Shown in pieces: positions 25,337 to 38,379 of a stretch of 64,000 bases of DNA. The DNA is from Eledone cirrhosa (Eukaryota). The notes beneath the pieces were generated by a model, which was given only the letters and a program-made list of their open reading frames with translations, ran no database searches and was not told the origin of the DNA. The stretch is taken from NCBI GenBank assembly GCA_964016885.1, contig OZ024746.1, positions 16,058,001-16,122,000 of the forward strand. Reading direction: 5' to 3'. Within the stretch, counting starts at the first letter, position 1. Each line of letters opens with the position of its first letter. The position numbers and the translations under genes are program-made.

Positions 25337-25518
25337 TTGTTTCTACTTTTGGCACAAGGCCAGCAATTACCCAGTACATTACTGGTACTTTATTTTATCG
25401 ACCCCGTGAGGATGAAAGGCAAAGTTAACCTCGGCGGGATTTGAATTCAGACCGTAAAGGGATGTAACTATGCTAGAAAGCAAGGCGTCCAACCCTCTAC
25501 CGATACTGCCAATTCACC

Positions 25519-25522
<4 letters not shown>
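25337..25522 (-). mobile_element. tRNA-derived SINE, family B
   Basis: Reverse complement reads GGCGGTGAATTGGCAGTATCGGTAG...GAATTCAAATCCC...GCCTTTCATCC..GGGGTCGATAAAATAAAGTACCAG...GCTGGCCTTGTGCC. Confidence 0.8.
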
Positions 25523-25566
<44 letters not shown>

Positions 25567-25704
25567 GAACTTCTATCCAGCTTTCATCAACCAAATTTCC
25601 CACTCACAAGACATTGGTCAATCTGAGGCTCTAATAGAAGACATTTACCTAAGGTGCCAGACAGAGATAGAGCCAGAAACCGCATGGATGCAAAGTGAAC
25701 TCCT

Positions 25705-25955
25705 TAACCACACTGCCATACTACCACACTACCACACTGCCATACTACCACTTTAGCCACACTGCCATACTACCACCTTAACCACACTGCCATACTACCA
25801 CCTTAACCACATTGCCATACTACCACCTTAACCACACTGCCATACTACCACCTTAACCACACTGCCATACTACCACCTTAACCACACTGCCATACTACCA
25901 CCTTAACCACACTGCCATAGTACCTCCCTAACCACACTGCCATAGTACCACCCTA
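25705..25955. repeat. 25-bp minisatellite amplified from the A-box head of a minus-strand SINE (25570-25722)
   Basis: Unit ccttaaccacactgccatactacca is the reverse complement of TGGTAGTATGGCAGTGTGGTTAAGG, contiguous with the SINE head. Confidence 0.8.
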
Positions 25956-25961
25956 ATATAT

Positions 25962-26275
25962 CATCATCATCATCATTTTATGTCCGCTTTTTCCTTGCTT
26001 GCAAGGGTGGGACGGGAACTGATTCTGGCTTGATTTCTACAGCTGGATGCCCTTCCTAACACCAACCTCATTTACAGTGAGTGCTGGGTGCTTTTTTGCC
26101 GTGGCACCTCCACGACCACTTTGCAGTGGAATCTCATTTCTACAGCTGAGTAAACTGGAGCAATGTGAAATAAAGTGTCTTGCTCAAGGAAACAACACAT
26201 CACCCGGTCTGAGAATTGAACTCACAACCTTTCGATTGCAAGGCCAATGCTCTAACCACTAAGCCATGTGCCTCC
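25962..26275 (-). mobile_element. tRNA-derived SINE, family A, copy 2 (short internal deletion near 26130)
   Basis: Near-identical reverse complement of 39043-39368, with a (CAT)n tail. Confidence 0.9.
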
Positions 26276-26626
26276 ATATATATATGTATATATATATATG
26301 TGTGTGTGTATATATATATATATGTGTATATATATATATATGTGTATATATATATATATATATGTGTATATATATATGTGTATATATATATATGCGTATA
26401 TATATATGTGTATATATATATATGCGTATATATATGTGTGTATATATATGTGTATATATATATGTGTGTATATATATGTGTATATATATATATGTGTATA
26501 TATATATGTGTATATATATATATATGTGTATATATATATATATGTGTATATATATATATATATGTGTGTATATATATATATATATATGTGTGTGTGTATA
26601 TATATATATGTGTATATATATATATA

Positions 26627-26713
<87 letters not shown>

Positions 26714-26717
26714 ATAT

Positions 26718-26990
26718 CATCATCATCATCCATCTTCCACGCTTGCATGGGTTTGGATGGGAGTTTTCCCACTTGAGGCAAGAGTGGTTGTCTTGCTCAC
26801 ATAGGACTGTCTGGCGGGTTTTCTACGGCTGGATGCCCTTCCTAACACCAACCACATTTACAGTGTGGACTGGGAGGTTTTTACCGTGTTACCTACACGG
26901 CCACATTACAGCGTGGACTGTGTGTTTTTTTGTTGTGACACCTACACGACCTCATTTGTTTCGGACTGGATGTTGTGGTACCAACATAAC
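26718..26990 (-). mobile_element. SINE body and RTE-type tail (family A-related)
   Basis: ggctggatgcccttcctaacaccaacc block shared with family A; catcatcatc...cttccacgcttgcatgggtttgg tail. Confidence 0.7.
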
Positions 26991-27089
26991 TTTACATTGA
27001 AAGGGGTGGTGTGGATGGGGTGGGGGTAGTGGGATGGGGGTGTATTTTTGTTAGACGTGCCTATTGACTGTAGTAGGTCTCAATTTGTA

Positions 27090-27834
27090 CTTAGGTAAGG
27101 CGGGTCTTCGGTATTACTGTGTAGCGCCAAAGATCTCAGTCCAGTGACATTGTCTTGGAGAGGTGTAAGTGTGTGAGGTCGGAATTTATAAAGTCGTCCC
27201 AGGTTTTTCTGGGTCTGCCTACTCCGTGGCTACCGTCTATTTTTATTGCCCTGCACTTTTTTATACAGCTGTCGTCTTTCATGCGCATCACGTGACCGTA
27301 CCAACGTAGTCTTCTCTTGAGTAAACAACATCTGATCCCTCTTATTTCTAATTTTTCCCTTAGTTCGTTTATGCTTTGCCGTTCACGTATATTACTATTA
27401 CACATCCAGCGGAGCATGCAAGCTTCGTTCCTCTCCAGTCTGCATATATCCTCTGCACACAATGCCCAGGTCTCACTGCCATGTAACATTACTGTTCGTA
27501 TGCAGGCATCATACAGCCTGCCTTTCATTTTTAGAGAGAACCCTTTAGTGGCTAATAGTGGTATAAGCTCTCTGAACTTTTTCCATCCAGTTCTGACTCT
27601 AGCTACTGTACTTTCAGAGCACCCTCCACCACTGCTGATTTTGTCACCCAAGTAACGGAAGGTGTCCACTATTTCTATAGAACCATCTGTGCAATGGAAT
27701 GAGCTAGTATTTTGTGGGCACTTGCTGCTACTTATTGCACCAGAGCACCGGCCACATATAAAATCTATATTCTTAGTTAGCTTACCTGTGATCCCACTAC
27801 ATCTTTTATGCACCCATACTTTGCATTTGGGACA
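27090..27834 (-). mobile_element. 5'-truncated RTE LINE ORF 3' part, with PHD-like Cys/His motif, thumb and C-terminus
   Basis: [64 protein letters not shown] and GRPRKTWDD. The N-terminal YI part of the ORF is microsatellite. Confidence 0.93.
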
Positions 27835-27984
27835 TATATATATATATATGTGTATATATATATATATGTGTGTGTATATATATATATATGTGTCTATATA
27901 TATATGTATATATATATAGACACATATATATATAAATGTATATATATATATATATGTATATATATGTGTATATATATATATGTG

Positions 27985-28015
<31 letters not shown>

Positions 28016-28062
28016 GTATATATATATGTGTGTATATATATATATATGTATGTGTGTATATA

Positions 28063-28103
<41 letters not shown>

Positions 28104-28433
28104 TTATGTATATATATATATGTGTGTATATATATATGTATATGTGTATATATATGTGTATATATATGTATATATATATATATGTATATATATGTGTGTG
28201 TATATATATATGTGTATATATGTATATATATGTGTGTGTATATATATATGTGTGTATATATATATGTGTATATATATACATATGTGTGTATATATATATA
28301 TATATGTGTATATATATACATATGTGTGTATATATATATATATATGTGTATATATATATATATGTGTGTATATATATATATATATGTATATATATGTGTG
28401 TATGTATATATATATGTATATATATGTGTGTAT

Positions 28434-28469
<36 letters not shown>

Positions 28470-28478
28470 GTGTGTATG

Positions 28479-28511
<33 letters not shown>

Positions 28512-28878
28512 GTATATATATGTGTGTATGTATATATGTGTATATATGTGTATATATGTGTATATATGTATATATGTATATATGTGTATATATGTATATA
28601 TATGTGTGTATGTATATATGTGTATATATATATATATGTGTATATATATGTGTATATATATATGTATGTATATATGTGTATATATAGATATATGTGTATA
28701 TATATATGTGTGTATATATATGTGTATATATATGTATATATATATATATATATGTGTATATATATATATGTGTGTGTACATATATATGTGTGTGTATATA
28801 TATATGTGTGTGTACATATATATGTGTGTATATATATATATGTGTGTGTGTATATATATATATGTGTGTATATATATA

Positions 28879-29013
<135 letters not shown>

Positions 29014-29149
29014 GTGTATATATGTAGGAGGTGAGTTTTATTGTATTACAATAAAGCAATGCAAATATCGGATAAGAAGCACTCTACAGTTTGTAGGACT
29101 GGAGTATACATAATATATAAGATCAAAAGATGGTTAAATGATTTCCATG

Positions 29150-29220
29150 TATTTTATTATGCGCATTTCAAAAACAAATATCATCATACAATAACATTTG
29201 TGTTTTCATCAAATAAAATA
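29150..29220 (-). ncRNA. Type-I hammerhead ribozyme motif, C3U core variant
   Basis: Mirror copy of 29335-29405, but the core reads UUGAUGA. Confidence 0.75.
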
Positions 29221-29334
29221 GGAGGACATGATATGAAGGTTAAAAACACTTGTGGATAGTGCAGTTTTAAATCAACATGTTGATTTAAAACTGCACTATC
29301 CACAAGTGTTTTTAACCCTCATATCATGTCCTCC

Positions 29335-29405
29335 TATTTTATCTGATGAAAACACAAATGTTATTGCATGATGATATTTGTTTTTGAAATGCGCATAATA
29401 AAATA
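29335..29405 (+). ncRNA. Type-I hammerhead ribozyme motif (intact core)
   Basis: UAUUUUAU-CUGAUGA-AAACACAAAUGUUAUU-GCAU-GAUGAUAUUUGUUUUU-GAAA-UGCGCA-UA-AUAAAAUA. Perfect 8-bp stem I, 16-bp stem II (1 mismatch), palindromic AUGCGCAU stem III; predicted cleavage after A29397. Confidence 0.9.
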
Positions 29406-29634
29406 CATGGAACTCATTTAACCATCTTTTGATCTTATATATTATATGTGTATATATATATATGTGTGTATATATGTATATATATGTGTGTATATATGTA
29501 TATATATGTGTATATATATATATATATATGTGTATATATATATATATATATGTGTGTATATATATATATATATGTGTATATATATATATATATGTGTATA
29601 TATATATATATATATATGTGTATATATATATATA

Positions 29635-29665
<31 letters not shown>

Positions 29666-29740
29666 GTGTGTGTATATATATATATATATGTGTGTATATA
29701 TATATATATATATGTGTGTATATATATATATGTGTATATA

Positions 29741-29781
<41 letters not shown>

Positions 29782-29982
29782 ATATATATATATATGTGTG
29801 TGTATATATATATATGTGTGTGTATATATATATATGTGTGTGTATATATATATATGTGTGTGTATATATATATATGTGTATATATATATATATATGTGTA
29901 TATATATATATGTGTGTGTATATATATATATGTGTGTGTATATATATATATATGTGTGTATATATATATATGTGTGTGTGTA

Positions 29983-30027
<45 letters not shown>

Positions 30028-30459
30028 ATATATATATATATGTGTATATATATGTGTATATATATATATGTGTGAATATATATATATGTGTATATATATA
30101 TATATATGACCATACCTCAACTGAAATCTGATATAAAAGCTAAATGATATGTTTAACACTACAATTGTGATAATTCTCTAATTAGATTATCTCTCGTTAG
30201 AGCTATAAAGAAGAAGCTTCATTAAGTGGTTAATATGATATCTACCTCTGATAGATAAAACTGATATTATGCAATATTTTAGGTTATTATATGACAAGGA
30301 ACTATAAAATAGAACCACTTTACAAATTAGTCACATTTTTCTTCCTGTCTTTTTCTTTTTTCTTTTTTTTCTTTCATTTTTCTTTCTTTCCAGGTTTAAC
30401 TCCATGTTTATAGTTGTTACTTGATCAGCTATTGTCACACATGATTTGTGTTTATTGTA

Positions 30460-30512
30460 GTCTCTCTCTCCCTCTCTCTCTCTCCCTCTCTCTCTCTCAC
30501 TCTCTCTCTCTC

Positions 30513-30571
<59 letters not shown>

Positions 30572-30815
30572 CACACACTCTCCCTCACACTCTCTCTCAC
30601 ACACTCTCCCTCTCACACACTCTCCCTCACACACTCTCTCACACACACACACTCTCCCTCACACACACACACTCTCTCTCACACACTCTCTCTCTCACAC
30701 ACTCTCTCTCTCACACACTCTCTCTCACACACTCTCTCTCTCACACACACACACTCTCACTCACACGCTCTCTCTCTCTGATCCCTCTTCTCTCTCCCTT
30801 CCCCCCTCTCTCTCT
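30460..30815. repeat. (CT)n/(CA)n compound microsatellite
   Basis: Directly visible. Confidence 0.95.
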
Positions 30816-31346
30816 GTCAGACAGTTGCTCAATCTTCCATGTTTGATGTTTCACAGTGAATCAGTTGATAATGATTGATGGCTAATAAACTGATCAGATG
30901 GTTTTGTGAGTTAGTTTCAACAATTGCTCTACACACACACACGCACACACAATAGCTCTAGTTACCTCCACTCTAACTCAATAACCACCACCACTGTCTC
31001 CATCACACACACACACACATATATATATCTGTTTTCTGTGGAATTCACTCAGGCTTGAGAGTTAACCATTGATTCTCTCACCCTTTGATGATAGCTCACA
31101 AACACACTGTTCTCTTCTGTACTGTTTTTTTTTTTATTATTGCTGTTGTTGTTTCAATATATCATGTATGGCCAGAACAACAATTGTCCAAATTATCAGC
31201 AACTTACATAAACTGCAAATTTGGCAGAAGATATCTGAAAACTTTGCTATTATTTTCACTGTATTGTATCTGGGTTTTTTTTTCTTTTTATTGTAGAAAC
31301 GTTGCTATTTTAACGTGGCAAGGCTACTATTTTAATCTGGTTAGAC

Positions 31347-31950
31347 TGCTATTTTAGTGTGGCATGGTTGCTATATATTAGTGTAGTAATATTGCTATTT
31401 TAGTGTGGCATGGTTGCTATATTAGTGACACGGCTGCTATTTTAGTGTGGCATGGTTGCTATATATTACTGTAGTAATATTGCTATTTTAGTGTGGCATG
31501 GTTGCTATATATTACTGTAGTAATATTGCTATTTTAGTGTGGCATGGTTGCTATATTAGTGACACGGCTGCTATTTTAGTGTGGCATGGTTGCTATATTA
31601 GTGTAGTAATATTGCTATTTTAGTGTGGCATGGTTGCTATATTAGTGACACGGCTGCTATTTTAGTGTGGCATGGTTGCTATATTAGTGTAGTAATATTG
31701 CTATTTTAGTGTAGCATGGTTGCTATATTAGTGACACGGCTGCTATTTTAGTGTGGCATGGTTGCTATATTAGTGTAGTAATATTGCTATTTTAGTGTAG
31801 CATGGTTGCTATATTAGCGACAAGGTTGCTATTTTAGTGTGGTATGGTTGCTATATTAGTGACAAGGTTGCTATTTTAGTGTAGCTGTGTTGCTATGTTG
31901 GTGTTGTTATGTTGCTATTTTAGTGTAGCAAGGTTAGAAGTTGCTATTTT
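31347..31950. repeat. ~20-22-bp-based minisatellite with alternating subunits
   Basis: tgctattttagtgtggcatggt alternates with tgctatattagtgtagtaatat or tgctatattagtgacacggc. Confidence 0.9.
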
Positions 31951-32147
31951 AGCATAACAGTTTGTGGCAAGGCATATCCTTTAAAATACAGCTACAGCCC
32001 ATCTGACAATCTTCCAAACAGTTTCTATGGTAAATAACATTTTGTCCAAGATGCCAGACAGTGGGATCCTAGGACCTAATGATTGTTAAATGAACCAGGC
32101 AACACCCATTACATACAAGTGTGGTTTACAGTTCAGGTTTCTAAGTC

Positions 32148-33162
32148 TAGAGACAGCAACAGTTACTGTCCTTGTATCTATGGAGACTGCAGTGATCCAT
32201 GTCCTTGTAACTATGGAGACAGCAGTAGTTGTTACTCTTGTAACTATGGAGACAACAGTGGTTTGTATCCTTGTAACGATGGAGACAGTAGTAGTCCATG
32301 TCCTTGTAACTATGGAGACAGCATCAGTCACTGTCCATGTAACTATGGAGACAGCATCAGTCACTGTCCATGTAACTATAGAGACAGCATCAGTCACTTC
32401 CCATGTAGCTATGGAGACAGCATCAGTCAGTGTCCTCTACATGGCAGCTGTCCATGTAGCTATGGAGACAGCATCAGTCAGTGTCCTCTACATGGCAGCT
32501 GTCCATGTAGCTATGGAGACAGCATCAGTCAGTATCCTCTACATGGCAGCTGTCCATGTAGCTATGGAGACAGCATCAGTCAGTGTCCTCTACATGGCAG
32601 CTGTCCATGTAGCTATGGAGACAGCATCAGTCAGTATCCTCTACATGGCAGCTGTCCATGTAGCTATGGAGACAGCATCAGTCAGTGTCCTCTACATGAC
32701 AGCTGCCCATGTAGCTATGGAGACAGCATCAGTCAGTGTCCTCTACATGGCAGCTGTCCATGTAACTATGGAGACAGCATCAGTCAGTGTCCTCTACATG
32801 ACAGCTGCCCATGTAGCTATGGAGACAGCACCAGTCAGTGTCCTCTACATGGCAGCTGTCCATGTAGCTATGGAGACAGCATCAGTCAGTATCCTGTCCA
32901 TGTAGCTATGCGGACAGCATCAGTCAGTGTCCTCTACATGGCAGCTGCCCATGTAGCTATGGAGACAGCATCAGTCAGTGTCCTCTACATGGCAGCTGTC
33001 CATGTAGCTATGGAGACAGCATCAGTCAGTGTCTACATGGCAGCTGTCCATGTAGCTATGGAGACAGCATCAGTCAGTATCCTCTACATGGCAGCTGTCC
33101 ATGTAGCTATGGAGACAGCATCAGTCAGTGTCCTCTACATGGCAGCTGCCCATGTAGCTATA
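32148..33162. repeat. 36-bp then 51-bp minisatellite
   Basis: ccatgtagctatggagacagcatcagtcagtgtcctctacatggcagctgt; the 5' units are diverged 36-mers. Confidence 0.92.
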
Positions 33163-33694
33163 AACCAGAAATCCACTGTATTTTAGCTTAACAAACAACC
33201 AGAATTAGTAGTGGCTTTTTGTTTTAGTTTAGAATTGTAGGTTAGCAACTGTCAACAATTATAGACAAATGTAGCTTTATGGCAAACATCATCATCATCA
33301 CCACCACCACATTCATCATCACCACCACCATTACCATCATTATCATCATTAGTTCCTACATTAGTGTCCATCTTCTACCCACATGAGTCAGCTTTAATTA
33401 TTACACCAATCTTCCACCAACCTTAACTAAAATATACTTGAAGTTTTAGTAATACCTACCTCTGTTTAAACCTTTTTATACCAAACTGCCTGAAATCATC
33501 CCTTGTTTCTATGAAATAATGCTGTTTGTTTTAATGTGTTTATATTTATCTAAAAACCTTCCATCATAATCTCATGTAAGGACCTTTGTTAAGTTATGTT
33601 CCAAACACCAGCTTAATAATGAGCGACTCAAATTCTTATTTGAAAATTATATGCAGTCTTTAATTTGAAATCTGGTAAGGAAAACATAGATATA

Positions 33695-34010
33695 TGTGTG
33701 GTCTATAAAAGAGCTAACACAGATATCTGTAGGTGTGTTCTATAAGAGAGAGAGCTAACACAGTTAGATATGTGTGTTCTATAGAAAAGAGAGAGCTAAC
33801 ACAATTAGATATGTGTGTGTTCTATTGAAGAGGGAACTAACACATTATCTGTAGGTGTGTTCTATAGAAGAGAGGGAGCTAACACAGATATCAGTAGGTG
33901 TGTTCTATAGGAGAGAGAGAGAGAGAGAACTAACACAGATATTTGTAGGTGTGTTCTATAGAAGAGAAAGAGCTAACGCAGTTAAATGTGTGTTCTATAG
34001 AAGAGAGCTA
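33695..34010. repeat. Degenerate ~40-bp minisatellite
   Basis: gtgtgttctatagaagagagagctaacacag units. Confidence 0.8.
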
Positions 34011-34459
34011 GACATGCCTAATATATCTGAGAGGTTTACTACTCCATTGTAAGTAGAAATAAGCGATTAACCATGTCTGGAGCTGTTCTGTTAGCAGGCC
34101 GACAGCTTAAACATTGGCAAATTCCACTTCTATTAACAGACATGCTCTCCCCTCGTCCACCACACTCCTCCATCCCCCATCTCCACCACCCACCTCCTCT
34201 ATTGATATACTGCTATCCTCCTTTCCTTCCTTCTATCTCACCTAACGTTGCACTTCCAAAAACTGGTAACCTCAATCCATCAGACAACTCTGCAACATCT
34301 CTTGGAGAATAGTCAGTTATGGATCAACTCTGTTTCCCTCTCTCTCTCTCTCTCTTTTACCACCCCACCCTGCTGTCTAACTGATATATTGATTTCTTAT
34401 TAACATGGCAAGTTGTGTCTGCCAGCAAAATCTTTCATTGATGAAAACACCAGCATTGA

Positions 34460-35165
34460 TGGTGTGATGTGATGTGGTGTGGGGTGGTGTAGTGTTGTTG
34501 TGGTGTGGTGTAGTTGTAATGTAGTGTGGTGTGGTGTAGTGGTGTGGTGCAGTTGTAATGTAGTGTGGTGTGGTGTAGTGTTGTTGTAATGTGTTGTGGT
34601 GTGGTGCAGTTGTAATGTAGTGTGGTGTGGTGTTGTTGTAATGTGTTGTGGTGTGGTGCAGTTGTAATGTGTTGTGGTGTGGTGTTGTTGTAATGTGTTG
34701 TGGTGTGGTGCAGTTGTAATGTAGTGTGGTGTGATGTGGTGTAGTGTTGTTGTAATGTGTTGTGGTGTGGTGCAGTTGTGATGTGGTGTAGTGTTGTTGT
34801 AATGTGTTGTGGTGTGGTGCAGTTGTAATGTCGTGTGGTGTGGTGTGGTGTGGTGCAGGTGTGTTGTGGTGCAGTTGTAATGTGGTGTGGTGCAGGTGTG
34901 TTGTGGTGTTGTGTGCTGTGGTGTAGTTGTAATGTGTTGTGTTGTGGTTTGGTGTGGTATAGTTGTAATGTGTTGTGTTGTGGTGGGGTGTGATTGTAGT
35001 ATTGAGTGGTGTGCTGTAGTGTGGTGTAGAGTGGTTGTAGTGTGGCATGTTGTAGTTGTAGTGTAGTGTGGTCTATTGTGGTGTGGTGTGGTTGTAATAT
35101 ATTGTATAGTGTTGTGTAATACAATACAGTATAGAGTATAGTACAGTAGAACACAGTACAGTATA
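34460..35165. repeat. GTGTG/GTTGT pentamer-based simple repeat
   Basis: Directly visible. Confidence 0.9.
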
Positions 35166-35809
35166 GTACTCAATAGTCCAACTATGTTAACTATTCTATG
35201 CTTATTGTAAAATATTGTCTACTTTTCTCTAATGTAAATCTCTAGAAGTGTGTGTGTGTGTGTGTGTGTGTGTGAGTGTGTGTATGCGTGTGTGGGACTC
35301 ACCTACTTTAATAGTTGACACTTGTATATGTATACACACACACGTATACACATATGTATATACACGACATGTATACACACACGACATGTACACACATACT
35401 ATATGTACACACACGTACTATATGTACACACACATACTATATGTATACACACACACACACATACTATATATATACACATACTATACAAACACCCACACTG
35501 CACATCTACACTCATGCATACACACATACAGCAGCAATGGTGGTGCTGACAGTAGTAGTAAAGGTGGTGGTACTGGTGGTGATGTATAATAGATGGTGGT
35601 GGTGGCAGTAGTAGTAGTTGTAGTAGTAGCAGTAGTAGCGGTGGCAATAGTGGTGGTGGTGTTAGTTTTAAACAACAGTCTATCAATATGTTTACCTTTG
35701 CCTGCTATATTGATATTATATGACAGTGGTCAATTATTCACTTGACCATTAGACCTTTACTTTCTCTGACCTACTAATCTCATTTTTGAGTGACCATCAC
35801 AGTTATTAT

Positions 35810-36012
35810 ACACAACTGGTCTAATATATACACTGACCACAACATTGATCTAATAAATACACTGACCACAACATTGATCTAATATATATCTTGACCACAA
35901 CACTGGTCTAATAAATATACACTGACCACAACACTGGTCTAATAAATATACACTGACCACAACGCTGATCTAATATATATATATGTACACTGACCACAAC
36001 ACTGGTCTAATA
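35810..36012. repeat. ~30-bp minisatellite
   Basis: cactgaccacaacactggtctaataaatata units. Confidence 0.85.
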
Positions 36013-36189
36013 TCTCACATAACCATATTATATTGTAGTGGCTATTTAATACTTTTCAAGTTCCCAAGGAGCCTAATTTAAATTTATATCTGCAATATAG
36101 TTGTTCATTCCAGTGGTCATGAATCTTGGGTAAGGACCAAAAATATATGATCACGAATACAAGTGGCCGAAATGGGGGTTCCTTCAAAG

Positions 36190-36530
36190 GATCTTTAGAA
36201 TAATGTTACTCAATAGAATGCATAGCTTGGAGTTCATGGATTCTCTCCAGGTTGAGCCACTACTTCTCTGAATTGAGAGATCACAGCTCCAATATTACAG
36301 ATATGTGGTCAGAATGTCTCAGGAAAGATTTCATGGGCAAAACCAACTGGCAGGAGACCCAGGGGTAGACCCTGAACAAGATGGTTGGATAACATTGATG
36401 AGCTCGGCTGGTCATGCTTTGGGATCCAGCCGGATCAGTTGGAGATGGTTGCTTCTAACAGGATCTTCTGGAAGGAATGTTTGGGGACTCTGCTCTCACG
36501 ATCCCCCCAGAATTAAGTGGGCGGAAAAGA
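36190..36530 (+). mobile_element. Degraded RTE-clade LINE 3' end (a second RTE family)
   Basis: With frameshifts: VVRMSQER ... PTGRRPRGRP*TRWLDNIDELGWSCFGIQPDQLEMVASNRIFWKECLG. Confidence 0.75.
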
Positions 36531-38214
36531 ATATAGTTGTTCTACATAAGAAAGGCAAGAATTTGCATAATCTTATTCTCTTATATCTGAATAAGATATA
36601 TTTTTGAAAGACTGACCATTATACTAACACTTTAATTTGGTCAGATGAGGTCGGTCAGGACCCATGGCTATTTTCAAGTAGTTGAAACTGGTAAGAAGAA
36701 AGAAAGAAGTTATCCTCTAACTTCAGCCCTTAATACTTGTAACATAGAGTACTTACTCCACTAAAGGACAAAGCCACAATGTCCAACTGGTGCTGTACAC
36801 TGGATGATATATCAAATCTATCATACACAAAATTGGAATCAGTTGTAAAGTTTGGCATTTGAATGTTTTAAACAAAAGTTTCATCATCATCTTCATTTAA
36901 CGTCCATCTTCCATGCTAGCAAACAATTTCAACTATGGCTCTCTTCTAGAAAATATATTTAGCCAGTGCCCCCCTCCTCAACACACACTCACACATACTG
37001 TCAGGTTAATCAACAATAATACATTAGAAATTAAATTTTCATAACCTTTTAAAATTTTATTTAATCCTTTTGATACCAACCTGTCCTAAATCACTTCTGG
37101 TTCTGTGTTGTGGAGTGAAGAGGTATGGAGTGGTGTGGTGTGGAGTGGTGGAGTGGAGTGTAATGTAGTGTAGTGTGGAGGGGAGTATTGTGGTGTGGAT
37201 TGGAGTGGTGTGACACCTAACAAGCTACTCTCGGGTCTCAAAATAATTGCTCCTCCCCCCCAATCCCCGCGTATTTAATTTTGATAATCTATCTCCAGCA
37301 AAATTTTATTTTAAGTGGTAGCATTCCTATGACAATTAATTTTCATTATACATTAAAAAAACATCATACATGACAAAAAAAAAGCTCATTACAAGAAATC
37401 CCATATGTTATAAAATAAATAGGTTAGGTCGGGGTCTCAATAAGTAAACTAAATTACTAATTCTGGTTTTTAAAAAAAAATTACCGATTACCCCCCCCCC
37501 CCCCCCCCCCTTATTAATTAGGATGGAAGAGTATATACCCGTAACACTCTACATATAATTGTTTCTACTTTTGGCACAAGGCCAGCAAATACCCCAGTGC
37601 ATTACTGGTACTTTATTTTATTGACCCCATAAGGATGAACATGTGATGTGGAGTGGAATTTAGGAGTGAGGGATTGACAGCAGATAAAATATATAACTGA
37701 TACTATATAATATAAATCAGTATAGAGCCCGTTTGAAACTAGTTTTACCTTTACTCAACAGAGTACTCAATAAATGGGGTTGTAGGGTCTGGTTTTATTA
37801 TAAAAAGTCAGGACCCTGACAGCTGAGCTCTTGCTGTTTCAATAGCTAGTTCCAGGCATATTTTAGGTATCAAACTCTACTCTAGTCCTTCTATGTAATC
37901 TGAAGTTAGAGAAGAATTTGATACCTAAAATATATGCTAGCATGTAAGATAGAGGTTAAACGATGATGATGATGATGATGATATATATATCTGAGCCCAC
38001 CTTTGTGGTGGGGCTGATCACTTTGTTAGAACTCAATGTTTCTCAGGAGGATGGCCGACTGAACAGTGTTTTCGAGACTAGAAATAGGTAGTAACTTAAC
38101 TCCTACCATACTAGTCACTACATCGATCTCCACCAATCAATTGATCCTCTGAAACGATCATAAAACAATGAACTCTCTACCTACACCTCACTTCTGTTTT
38201 TATTGTTCAAACAC

Positions 38215-38273
<59 letters not shown>

Positions 38274-38289
38274 CATATATATACACACA

Positions 38290-38365
38290 CAGGGTGTCCC
38301 AAAAATGTATGCACATTTCAACATCATTCTAATAAATATGTGTATACATTTTTGAGGACACCCTT
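38290..38365. mobile_element. Tc1/mariner-type mini-MITE (~76 bp)
   Basis: Terminal inverted repeats CAGGGTGTCCCAAAAATGTATGCACAT / ATGTGTATACATTTTTGAGGACACCCT in a TA-rich context. Confidence 0.8.
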
Positions 38366-38379
38366 TATATATATATATA

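Larger units (their letters stand above)
29025..29445. mobile_element. Head-to-head palindromic PLE-like element (family P1), 168-bp arms with no spacer
   Basis: 29110-29277 and 29278-29445 are inverted copies with 4 mismatches, centred on CAACA|TGTTG and embedded in (TA)n. Confidence 0.85.

Noticed and set aside
37227-37533. Possible DNA transposon with TACTCT...AGAGTA ends
   Set aside because: The inverted match is only ~6 bp and too degenerate to call.
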